Positions 1 through 8,378 of a stretch of DNA of 64,000 nucleotides are shown one piece after another. The DNA is from an uncultured delta proteobacterium. Lineage in GTDB: Bacteria; Myxococcota; Myxococcia; Myxococcales; Myxococcaceae. The notes below the pieces were generated by a model. That model saw only the letters and a list, made by a program, of their open reading frames with translations, ran no database searches and was not told where the DNA came from. The stretch lies in NCBI GenBank assembly GCA_963796055.1, contig CAWCKH010000003.1, positions 576,001-640,000 on the forward strand. Reading direction: 5' to 3'. The position numbers were made by a program, and so were the translations under genes. The stretch's first letter is position 1; every line of letters begins with the position of its first letter.

Positions 1-386
1 TCCTGGTCCGCGCGGTCACCCAGGACCGGCAGCGCGCCGCGGGGCTGGGCGTGCGGACGCCGCGGGTGGACCTGCTCGCCTTCGCCATCGGCTCGGGCAT
101 CGCCGGGCTGGGCGGGTGCGCCCTCTCGCAGATTGGCAACGTGGGCCCCGAGCTCGGCCAGGGCTTCATCGTCGACTCCTTCATGGTGGTGGTGCTGGGA
201 GGCGTGGGTCAGCTCGCGGGGACCACCATCGCCGCGGGGAGCCTGGGGGTGGTGAACAAGCTGCTCGAGCCCTGGGCCGGAGCGGTGATGGCGAAGATCG
301 TCGTCCTGGTGTTCGTCATCGTTTTCATCCAGCGGCGCCCGCAGGGGCTGTTCGCGCTGCGCGGGCGGGCACTGGAGGAGGGGTGA
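1..386 (+). CDS. urtB: Urea ABC transporter permease UrtB (5' part outside window)
   Basis: FAIGSGIAGLGG...NVGPELGQGFIVDSFMVVVLGGVG...FIQRRPQGLF is the UrtB C-terminal half; followed by urtCDE and urease. Confidence 0.9.
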   Translation, partial: LVRAVTQDRQRAAGLGVRTPRVDLLAFAIGSGIAGLGGCALSQIGNVGPELGQGFIVDSFMVVVLGGVGQLAGTTIAAGSLGVVNKLLEPWAGAVMAKIVVLVFVIVFIQRRPQGLFALRGRALEEG

Positions 387-1513
387 GCACGGCCACCGCA
401 GTCCTCCCCCCGTCGGCGATGATGCGGTCCGACCCCGGCCGCCGGCTCTACCCGCGGAAGGTCTGGGCGGTGATCCTCGCCGTCTACGGTGGGCTGGTGA
501 TCGCGCTGCCGGCGCTCCACCTCCTGGTGCCGGCCAGCTCGCCGCTCCACCTCTCCGACTACACCGTCACCCTGGTCGGGAAGATCCTCTGCTACGCCAC
601 GGTGGCCCTGGCGATGGACCTGGTCTGGGGCTACACCGGCATCCTCTCGCTGGGCCACGGGCTGTTCTTCGCCCTCGGCGGCTATGCGATGGGCATGTAC
701 CTGATGCGGGCCATCGGCCGGGACGGCGTGTACGGCGACCCGGTGTTGCCCGACTTCATGGTGTTCCTCGACTGGAAGCACCTGCCCTGGTACTGGCTCG
801 GCTCCAATCATTTCTTCCAGCAGGCACTCCTGGTGGTGCTGGTGCCGGCGCTCCTGGCCTTCGTCTTCGGCTGGTTCGCCTTCCGCTCCCGCATTCGAGG
901 CGTCTACTTCTCGATCATCACCCAGGCGCTGACCTACGCAGCGATGCTGCTGTTCTTCCGGAACCAGACAGGGTTCGGGGGGAACAACGGCTTCACCGAC
1001 TTCAAGCGCATCCTCGGCTTCCCGCTGGCGAGCCCTCACACCCGGGTGGCCCTGCTGGTGCTCTCGGCCACCCTGCTTCTTTCGGTCCTGGTGCTCTGCC
1101 GGGCCCTGGTGCTGTCCAAGCTGGGTCGGGTACTCACCGCCATCCGCGACGCCGAGGACCGGGTGCGGTTCTGCGGCTACGACCCGGTGCGGTTCAAGCT
1201 CTTCGTCTGGACGCTCTCCGCGGCGATCTGCGGGATCGCCGGCGCGCTCTACGTGCCCCAGGTGGGCATCATCAACCCCAGCGAGATGTCCCCGGCCAAC
1301 TCCGTGGAGATCGCCATCGCCGTCGCGCTCGGCGGCCGGGGAACGCTGCTCGGCCCCATCCTCGGAGCCGCGCTGCTCCACGGCGCCAAGAGCGTGCTCA
1401 CCGTGGCCTTCCCCGAGCTGTGGCTGTTCGTGCTCGGGCTGTCGTTCATCGTGGTGACCCGCTGGTTGCCGCGCGGGGTGCTCGGGCTCTTCTGGAGGGA
1501 GGGCGGGTCGTGA
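383..1513 (+). CDS. urtC: Urea ABC transporter permease UrtC
   Basis: GTG overlapping the urtB stop (GTGA); DLVWGYTGILSLGHGLFFALGGY, LPDFM, FGGNNGFTDFK motifs. Confidence 0.92.
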   Translation: MSTATAVLPPSAMMRSDPGRRLYPRKVWAVILAVYGGLVIALPALHLLVPASSPLHLSDYTVTLVGKILCYATVALAMDLVWGYTGILSLGHGLFFALGGYAMGMYLMRAIGRDGVYGDPVLPDFMVFLDWKHLPWYWLGSNHFFQQALLVVLVPALLAFVFGWFAFRSRIRGVYFSIITQALTYAAMLLFFRNQTGFGGNNGFTDFKRILGFPLASPHTRVALLVLSATLLLSVLVLCRALVLSKLGRVLTAIRDAEDRVRFCGYDPVRFKLFVWTLSAAICGIAGALYVPQVGIINPSEMSPANSVEIAIAVALGGRGTLLGPILGAALLHGAKSVLTVAFPELWLFVLGLSFIVVTRWLPRGVLGLFWREGGS

Positions 1514-2265
1514 ACCTCGACACCCCGGCCGGGCCCATCCTCTACTTGAGCGGGGTCACCGTCAGCTTCGATGGCTTCAAGGCCCTCGACTCGCTCAGCC
1601 TCATGGTGGAGCCGGGCGAGCTCCGCTGCATCATCGGACCGAACGGCGCGGGCAAGACGACGTTGATGGACGTCATCACCGGCCGCACCCGTCCGGACGC
1701 CGGCGACGTTCAGTACGGCGAGGCGCACGACCTCACCCGGATGTCCGAGGCGGAGATCGTCGACGCCGGCATCGGCCGCAAGTTCCAGAAGCCCACCATC
1801 TTCCGCGCCCACACGGTGTTCGAGAACCTCGAGCTATCGCTGAAGATGGACAAGCGGGTCCTCCCCACCCTGCGCGCCCGGCGCACGCCCGAGCAGGACG
1901 CGCGCATCGACGAGGTCCTCGGCCTCATCGGCCTCCGGGCGAAGGCCGGGGTCCGGGCGGATCTCCTCTCTCACGGCGAGAAGCAGTGGCTGGAGATCGG
2001 GATGCTGCTGGTGCTGGAGCCGGGGCTGCTCCTGCTGGACGAGCCGGTCGCCGGGATGAGCGACGAGGAGACCGAGCGGACCGGGGAGCTCCTCCGCTCG
2101 CTGGCGGGGAAACACTCACTGGTGGTGGTGGAGCACGACATGCACTTCGTCGACACCCTCGCCAGCAAGGTGACCGTGCTCCACGAAGGCCGCGTCCTGG
2201 CCCAGGGCTCCATGGACACGGTCCGGAAGGACCCCCGCGTCATCGACGTCTACCTGGGGCGCTGA
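1510..2265 (+). CDS. urtD: Urea ABC transporter ATP-binding protein UrtD
   Basis: Walker A GPNGAGKT, GIGRKFQKP, LSHGEKQWLEIGM; GTGA overlap. Confidence 0.92.
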   Translation: MNLDTPAGPILYLSGVTVSFDGFKALDSLSLMVEPGELRCIIGPNGAGKTTLMDVITGRTRPDAGDVQYGEAHDLTRMSEAEIVDAGIGRKFQKPTIFRAHTVFENLELSLKMDKRVLPTLRARRTPEQDARIDEVLGLIGLRAKAGVRADLLSHGEKQWLEIGMLLVLEPGLLLLDEPVAGMSDEETERTGELLRSLAGKHSLVVVEHDMHFVDTLASKVTVLHEGRVLAQGSMDTVRKDPRVIDVYLGR

Positions 2266-2954
2266 TGCTGAGTGTGCACGGACTCGACCAGTACTACGGA
2301 GGGAGCCACACGCTCCGGGCGATCGACCTGGAGGTGCCGGCGGGGACCTGCACCGCCCTGCTGGGACGCAACGGGGTGGGCAAGACGACGCTCCTCCGCT
2401 GCCTGATGGGCGAGCTCCCGGTGAAGCGGGGCACGGTGCAGCTCGGTGGGGAGGAGGTCACCCGGCTTCCCTCCTACGAGCGGGCCCGTCTGGGCATGGG
2501 CTACGTGCCGCAGGGACGGGAGATCTTCTCCCGGCTGACGGTGGACGAGAACCTCAGCGTGGGCGAGTCGGCCGCCCGTGGCCCTACCATGCCCCGCGCC
2601 GAGCTGGAGGAGCTCTTCCCCATCCTCGGCACCATGCGGACCCGCCGCGGCGGCGACCTCTCGGGCGGTCAGCAGCAGCAGCTGGCCATCGCCCGGGCCC
2701 TCGTTTCGCGGCCGAGGCTCCTGCTGCTCGACGAGCCGACCGAGGGCATCCAGCCGTCCACCATCAAGGAGATCGGCCGTGTGCTCCGGGCGCTGCTGGA
2801 GCGGAACATGACCATCGTCCTGGTGGAGCAGTACCTGGACTTCGCCCTCGAGCTGGCCGAGCACTGCGCGGTCCTCTCCCGGGGGGAGATCGTCCTGCGG
2901 GGCCGCATCTCCGAGCTCGACCCCGCCCAGGTCAGGCGACACCTCTCGGTGTGA
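2265..2954 (+). CDS. urtE: Urea ABC transporter ATP-binding protein UrtE
   Basis: GRNGVGKTT, YVPQGREIF, LSGGQQQQLAI, DEPTEGIQPS; TGATG overlap. Confidence 0.92.
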   Translation: MLSVHGLDQYYGGSHTLRAIDLEVPAGTCTALLGRNGVGKTTLLRCLMGELPVKRGTVQLGGEEVTRLPSYERARLGMGYVPQGREIFSRLTVDENLSVGESAARGPTMPRAELEELFPILGTMRTRRGGDLSGGQQQQLAIARALVSRPRLLLLDEPTEGIQPSTIKEIGRVLRALLERNMTIVLVEQYLDFALELAEHCAVLSRGEIVLRGRISELDPAQVRRHLSV

Positions 2955-3763
2955 TCCGCGCTACAAGGCACTCCATGGCTCGGGGCCACCTTGCCTTCCG
3001 GCAGGCCGGGACGGGAACGGCGGTGGAGACCGCGTACGCCGAGAGCCCGCTCCGGTTCCTCACCCCGCGCAACCACGGCAGCGCGGCCTGGGCCTACACC
3101 AGCACGCTGGGGGGAGGACTGGTCGACGGCGACCGGCTGGCACTGGAGATCTCGGTCGGCCCCATGGCGCGGGCCTTCGTCTCCTCGCAGGGCCCGACAC
3201 GGGTATTCCGCTCGTCCCGGGGTGCCGTCTCGGAGACGCTGGCCCGGGTGGACGAGGGCGGGGCGCTGGTGCTCGTCCCCGACCCGACGGCCTGCTTCGC
3301 CGGCGCCCGGTACACGCAACGCACCGAGGTGACGCTCGCGCCCGGTGCCTCGCTCGTGCTCTGGGAGGTGCTCTCCGCCGGACGAGAGCGCTGGGGCTTC
3401 ACCCGCTGCCAGAGCACGCTGCGCGTCATGCCCTTCCTCGACGAGCGCTGGCTGCTCGACCCGGAGCACGGTCCGCTCGAGGAGCGAATGGGCCGCTTCG
3501 GGGCCATCGGCACCTTGCTCCTGGTGGGGCCGCTGTTCTCCATCATTGCTGAGGCAATTCGCGCGCACGTCGAGGATGGCCCCGCGCGGCCGGGCGCGCC
3601 GCTGGTCGAGTCGGCCAGTCCGCTGCGCGACGGCGCGCTGGTGGTTCGCCTCGCCGCCCCCTCGGTGCAGCAGCTCGTGCAGCGGCTGCGCCACCACCTC
3701 GCCACCCTCCCCTCCCTGCTCGGGGACGACCCCTGGAGGCTCGATGCATCTGTCGCCGCGTGA
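2951..3763 (+). CDS. ureD: Urease accessory protein UreD
   Basis: SPLRFL..., [21 protein letters not shown] motifs; directly upstream of the urease structural genes. Confidence 0.88.
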   Translation: MIRATRHSMARGHLAFRQAGTGTAVETAYAESPLRFLTPRNHGSAAWAYTSTLGGGLVDGDRLALEISVGPMARAFVSSQGPTRVFRSSRGAVSETLARVDEGGALVLVPDPTACFAGARYTQRTEVTLAPGASLVLWEVLSAGRERWGFTRCQSTLRVMPFLDERWLLDPEHGPLEERMGRFGAIGTLLLVGPLFSIIAEAIRAHVEDGPARPGAPLVESASPLRDGALVVRLAAPSVQQLVQRLRHHLATLPSLLGDDPWRLDASVAA

Positions 3764-4499
3764 CATCGACAAGCTCATCCTTCACGGCGGGGGGTTCCTC
3801 GCCCAGAAGCGCCTGGCCCGCGGGCTGCGGCTGAACTACCCCGAGGCGGTGGCGCTGATCTCCGCGCAGATCCTCGAGCTGATCCGCGACGGCCGCAGCG
3901 TGGCGGAGCTGATGGATCTCGGCCGCCGGATGCTCGGCCGCGGGCAGGTGCTCCCCGGGGTGCCCGAGCTCATCGCCGAGGTACAGGTGGAGGGGACCTT
4001 TCCCGACGGCACCAAGCTGGTCACCGTCCACCATCCGATCGCGCTGGAGCAGGGAGATCTCGCCCTGGCATTGCAGGGGAGCTTCCTCCCGGTGCCGAAG
4101 TCGTTCCCCCCCGCCGAGGCGGTGCCCACACCCGGCGAGGTGATGGCAGCGGGCGGAGAAATAGAGCTCAACGCCGGCCGGGAGACGGTGAGCCTCGCCG
4201 TCCTCAACCGCGGTGACCGCCCCATCCAGGTGGGCAGCCACTACCCCTTCGCCGAGACCAACCGGGCGCTGGAGTTCGACCGGGGGCGCGCCTACGGCAT
4301 GCGGCTCGACATTCCAGCCGGGACCGCGGTGCGCTTCGAGCCCGGGGAGAGCAAGACGGTGCAGCTGGTCGCCTTCGCCGGCGCGCGGGTGGTGCACGGC
4401 GGAAACGCGCTGGGCGACGGGGAGGTGACCGAGTCCGGCCGGGCGCGGTTCCTGGCCAGGGCCAAGGATCGCGGCTTCCACCACCGGGAGCAGCCGTGA
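3744..4499 (+). CDS. ureAB: Urease fused gamma/beta subunit
   Basis: Gamma domain [11 protein letters not shown]...[11 protein letters not shown]...[14 protein letters not shown] in frame with beta domain [11 protein letters not shown]...[15 protein letters not shown]. Confidence 0.93.
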   Translation: MHLSPRDIDKLILHGGGFLAQKRLARGLRLNYPEAVALISAQILELIRDGRSVAELMDLGRRMLGRGQVLPGVPELIAEVQVEGTFPDGTKLVTVHHPIALEQGDLALALQGSFLPVPKSFPPAEAVPTPGEVMAAGGEIELNAGRETVSLAVLNRGDRPIQVGSHYPFAETNRALEFDRGRAYGMRLDIPAGTAVRFEPGESKTVQLVAFAGARVVHGGNALGDGEVTESGRARFLARAKDRGFHHREQP

Positions 4500-6205
4500 G
4501 CCGCCGCCTGGACCGGCGCCACTACGCCGACCTCTACGGACCCACCACCGGGGACCGGGTCCGGCTGGGCGACACCGCGCTGGTGGCGGAGGTGGAGCGC
4601 GACCTCACGACCTACGGCGAGGAGTGCAAGTTCGGCGGCGGGAAGGTGCTGCGCGACGGGCAGGGCCAGAAGGCAGGCGCCCTGGACCGCGACGCGCTCG
4701 ACGTGGTCCTCACCAACGCGCTGATCGTCGATCACAGCGGCATCTACAAGGCAGACGTGGGGATCAAGGATGGTCGCATCACCGGCATCGGCAAGGCGGG
4801 GAACCCGGACGTCATGGCCGGGGTGACGCCGGGGATGGTGGTGGGGGTGACCACCGAGGCCATCGCCGCGGAGGGCCTCCTCCTGACCGCGGGGGGCATC
4901 GACAGCCACATCCACTTCATCAGTCCGCAGCAGGCCGACGAGGCGCTGGCCAGCGGCATCACCTCGTGGATCGGCGGCGGCACCGGCCCGGCGACGGGGA
5001 CCAACGCCACCACCTGCACGCCCGGAATCTGGAACACGGCGCGGATGCTGGAGGCGGTGGACGACATCCCGCTCAACATCGGCTTCACCGGCAAGGGGAA
5101 CACCTCGCGCCCCGAGGGGCTGCTCGATCAGCTCCGCGCCGGGGCCATCGGCCTCAAGCTGCACGAGGACTGGGGGACCACGCCCGCAACCATCGACACC
5201 TGCCTCACCCTCGCCGAGGCCGAGGACGTGCAGGTCACCATCCACACCGACACCCTGAACGAGTCGGGCTTCGTCGACGATTCCATCGCTGCCTTCGGCG
5301 GCCGGACCATCCACACCTATCACTCGGAGGGTGCCGGCGGCGGGCATGCCCCGGACATCCTCCGGGTCTGCGGCGTGCCGCACGTGCTGCCGTCGTCGAC
5401 CAACCCCACCCGTCCCTTCACGGTGAACACCCTCGACGAGCACCTGGACATGCTCATGGTCTGCCACCACCTGGATCGGGAGATCCCCGAGGACGTGGCG
5501 TTCGCCGAGAGCCGCATCCGGGCCGAGACCATCGCCGCCGAGGACATCCTCCACGACCTGGGGGCGATCAGCATGATGTCCAGCGACAGCCAGGCCATGG
5601 GGCGGGTGGGCGAGGTGATCACCCGGACCTGGCAGACCGCCCACAAGATGCGGGAGCAGCGGGGGCGCCTCCCCGAGGAGCGGGGGGACAACGACAACCT
5701 CCGCATCCGCCGCTACGTCGCGAAGTACACCGTCAACCCGGCCATCGCCCACGGCTTCGCCCACGAGACCGGCTCGGTGGAGGTGGGCAAGCTCGCCGAT
5801 CTCGTCCTGTGGAAACCCGGCTTTTTTGGGATCAAGCCCGAGCTGGTCCTCAAGGGTGGCTTCATCGCCTGGGCGCAGATGGGGGACGCCAACGCCTCCA
5901 TCCCCACGCCCCAGCCGCTGATCATGCGGCCGATGTTCGGCGCCCGGGCGCCGGGGGCGATCAGCCTCGCTCTGGTCTCCGGGCGGGCGCTGGCCGAGGG
6001 AACGGTGGCGAGGCTCGGGCTCGGCAAGCGGCTCAGTGCAGTGCGCGGATGCCGCGGCCTCGGAAAGCGGCACATGAAGCTCAACGACGCCCTGCCCGCG
6101 CTGGAGGTCGACCCCGAGACCTACCAGGTGCGTGCCGACGGCGTGCTGCTCCGCTGCGAGCCGGCGCGGTCGCTGCCCCTCGCCCAGAGGTATTCGCTGT
6201 TCTAG
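4496..6205 (+). CDS. ureC: Urease alpha subunit
   Basis: Ni ligands intact: [38 protein letters not shown] flap, SDSQAMGR. Confidence 0.98.
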   Translation: MSRRLDRRHYADLYGPTTGDRVRLGDTALVAEVERDLTTYGEECKFGGGKVLRDGQGQKAGALDRDALDVVLTNALIVDHSGIYKADVGIKDGRITGIGKAGNPDVMAGVTPGMVVGVTTEAIAAEGLLLTAGGIDSHIHFISPQQADEALASGITSWIGGGTGPATGTNATTCTPGIWNTARMLEAVDDIPLNIGFTGKGNTSRPEGLLDQLRAGAIGLKLHEDWGTTPATIDTCLTLAEAEDVQVTIHTDTLNESGFVDDSIAAFGGRTIHTYHSEGAGGGHAPDILRVCGVPHVLPSSTNPTRPFTVNTLDEHLDMLMVCHHLDREIPEDVAFAESRIRAETIAAEDILHDLGAISMMSSDSQAMGRVGEVITRTWQTAHKMREQRGRLPEERGDNDNLRIRRYVAKYTVNPAIAHGFAHETGSVEVGKLADLVLWKPGFFGIKPELVLKGGFIAWAQMGDANASIPTPQPLIMRPMFGARAPGAISLALVSGRALAEGTVARLGLGKRLSAVRGCRGLGKRHMKLNDALPALEVDPETYQVRADGVLLRCEPARSLPLAQRYSLF

Positions 6206-6210
6206 CGCCC

Positions 6211-6846
6211 ATGAGGACCTGGCGACTTCTCCAGCTGGCCGATACGGCGTTCCCCACCGGCGGCTTCGCCCACTCGGGGGGACTCGAGGCGGCGGCACAG
6301 GCGGGCGAGGTCTCCGATCTGGCGGCGTTCACCCGGGGCACGCTCTGGCAGGCCGGGTTCGGCGCGCTTCCCCTCCTCCGGGACGCCTGGGACGACCCGG
6401 GTGCGCTGGCCCGGCTCGATGCCCGGGCGGACGTCTTCCTCGCCAACCACGTCGCCAACCGGGCGAGCCGGACCCAGGGCGGCGCGTTCTTCTCCACCTG
6501 CGCGCGCGTCTTCCCCGCCGAGGCGCCCCGGCTGCCCGAGGGCCTGGGCATGCACCTCGCGCCGCTCTGGGGCGCGGTGTTCCGCGCGCTGGGGATGTCG
6601 CTCGACGAGGCGCGGTCGCTGTTCCTGTGGAGCGCTGCCCGGGGCGTTCTCTCCGCCGGCGTCCGGCTGGGTTTGGCCGGGACGTACGAGGCGCAGCGGA
6701 TGCTGGTGGATCTCGCCCCCACGCTGGACGCGGTGGCCGCTCGCTGCGGCGCGCTCGGCGCCGAGGACCTGGCCCAGCCAGCGCCGCTGCTGGATCTCCT
6801 GCTCGGCACCCACGATCGTCTCCACTCCCGGCTGTTCCAGTCCTGA
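6211..6846 (+). CDS. ureF: Urease accessory protein UreF
   Basis: LQLADTAFPTGGFAHSGGLE N-terminus and HDRLHSRLFQS C-terminus. Confidence 0.93.
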   Translation: MRTWRLLQLADTAFPTGGFAHSGGLEAAAQAGEVSDLAAFTRGTLWQAGFGALPLLRDAWDDPGALARLDARADVFLANHVANRASRTQGGAFFSTCARVFPAEAPRLPEGLGMHLAPLWGAVFRALGMSLDEARSLFLWSAARGVLSAGVRLGLAGTYEAQRMLVDLAPTLDAVAARCGALGAEDLAQPAPLLDLLLGTHDRLHSRLFQS

Positions 6847-6858
6847 AGGAGTCCCCGG

Positions 6859-7545
6859 ATGGGCCACGAAGGCGACCACACCCACGCCGACCACCCGGGC
6901 CACTACCACCAGCGCGAGCGCCCGATGCGGCGCGACACCCGCGACCGGGCCTTCACCGTCGGCGTCGGCGGCCCGGTGGGGAGCGGAAAGACGGCCCTGG
7001 TGCTCGCCCTGTGCCGGCTGCTCCGGGACCGGCTCAGCCTGGGGGTGGTGACCAACGACATCTTCACCCGGGAGGACGCCGAGTTCCTGGTCCGCAACGA
7101 GGCGCTCCCCACCGAGCGCATCCGGGCGGTGGAGACCGGGGGCTGTCCCCACGCCGCCATCCGCGAGGACATCAGCCACAACCTCCTGTCGCTGGAGCGG
7201 CTGATGAAGGAGGTGCGGCCCGCGCCCGAGCTGCTCTTCGTCGAGAGCGGCGGCGACAACCTGGCGGCGCAGTACAGCCGCGAGCTGGCGGATTTCACCA
7301 TCTACGTCATCGACGTCGCCGGTGGAGACAAGGTGCCGCGCAAGGGCGGCCCGGGCATCACCCAGTCGGATCTCCTGGTGATCAACAAGACCGACCTCGC
7401 GCCGCACGTGGGCGCAGATCTGGAGGTGATGGACCGTGACGCGAGGAGGATGCGCGGCGCCGGCCCCACCGTGTTCGCCCAGGTGACCCACGGGGTGGGC
7501 GTGGAGGAGATCGCCGCCCACGTGCTCCGCGCCTCCGGGCGCTGA
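6859..7545 (+). CDS. ureG: Urease accessory GTPase UreG with His-rich N-terminus
   Basis: [43 protein letters not shown]. Confidence 0.96.
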   Translation: MGHEGDHTHADHPGHYHQRERPMRRDTRDRAFTVGVGGPVGSGKTALVLALCRLLRDRLSLGVVTNDIFTREDAEFLVRNEALPTERIRAVETGGCPHAAIREDISHNLLSLERLMKEVRPAPELLFVESGGDNLAAQYSRELADFTIYVIDVAGGDKVPRKGGPGITQSDLLVINKTDLAPHVGADLEVMDRDARRMRGAGPTVFAQVTHGVGVEEIAAHVLRASGR

Positions 7546-7595
7546 CCAGGGCGGGACACGAGCTGCCGCATGGCTCCGGCCGAGGGGCTTGGCTT

Positions 7596-8378
7596 ACAGT
7601 CCGGCGGGCCTATGCCGAGCTCGCCCGGCTGGGCCTGGTGGTGACCCGCACCCCGGCAGGGACGGAGGTCATCCGCAACGGCTTCCATGAGCGGAAGCCG
7701 TCCGGAGTCGAGGCCCGCCGCCAGTTTGTCGACCGGGTGCTCCAGGAGGCCAGGCTGGAGCACGGCCTGGACGTGGAGGCGCTGATCGGCCTGCTGCGCG
7801 GATCCCGGACACACCGGACGCCGCCCGAGGTCTCGGTGGTGGAGTGCAGCGCGACCCAGAGCACTGATCTCGCCGAACAGCTCTCACGGCGGTGGCGGGT
7901 GAAGGCCCGCGGATGGGTCCTCGACCGGGGGGAGCCGCCCGCCGGCCCGGTCGTCGGGACGTACTTCCACTACAACGACATCCGCCTGCGCTGGCCACAG
8001 AGACTGCCCCAGATCCATTTCCTTCCGATCGTCCCCGAGGCCAGCCTCGCCGGAACGCTGTCCGGTGCGCGGCGGCGCTCCGGGAAGCTGACGGTCCAGC
8101 TCTGTGAGCACGACGCAGCGATGGCCGGGAACATCGCCGCGGACCTGGTGCGAATCCTTTCCCCGGATCGGTTCCGCGTGACCACCCGCGTGGTCCCCCG
8201 GGCCGAGGAGGCGTTGGAGGGTCCCGCCTCCGCCGGCCCGCTCCTGCTCTCGCCCAGGATGTGGGGTGAGCTCCCCACCAGGCTGCGCGAGGACCCCCGG
8301 GTGCATCAGGTCCGCTACATCTTCGATGCCGAGGCGCTCGATGCGCTGGGGCGGGCCCAGCAATGGGAGGCCGCATGA
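7596..8378 (+). pseudogene. GntR-family regulator with 5'-degraded helix-turn-helix
   Basis: In frame and upstream of the 7638 GTG the sequence reads TVRRAYAELARLGLVVTRTPAGTEV (second half of a GntR wHTH); no start codon or first HTH helices after the ureG stop; C-domain has VVECS..Q and GTYFH. Confidence 0.6.
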
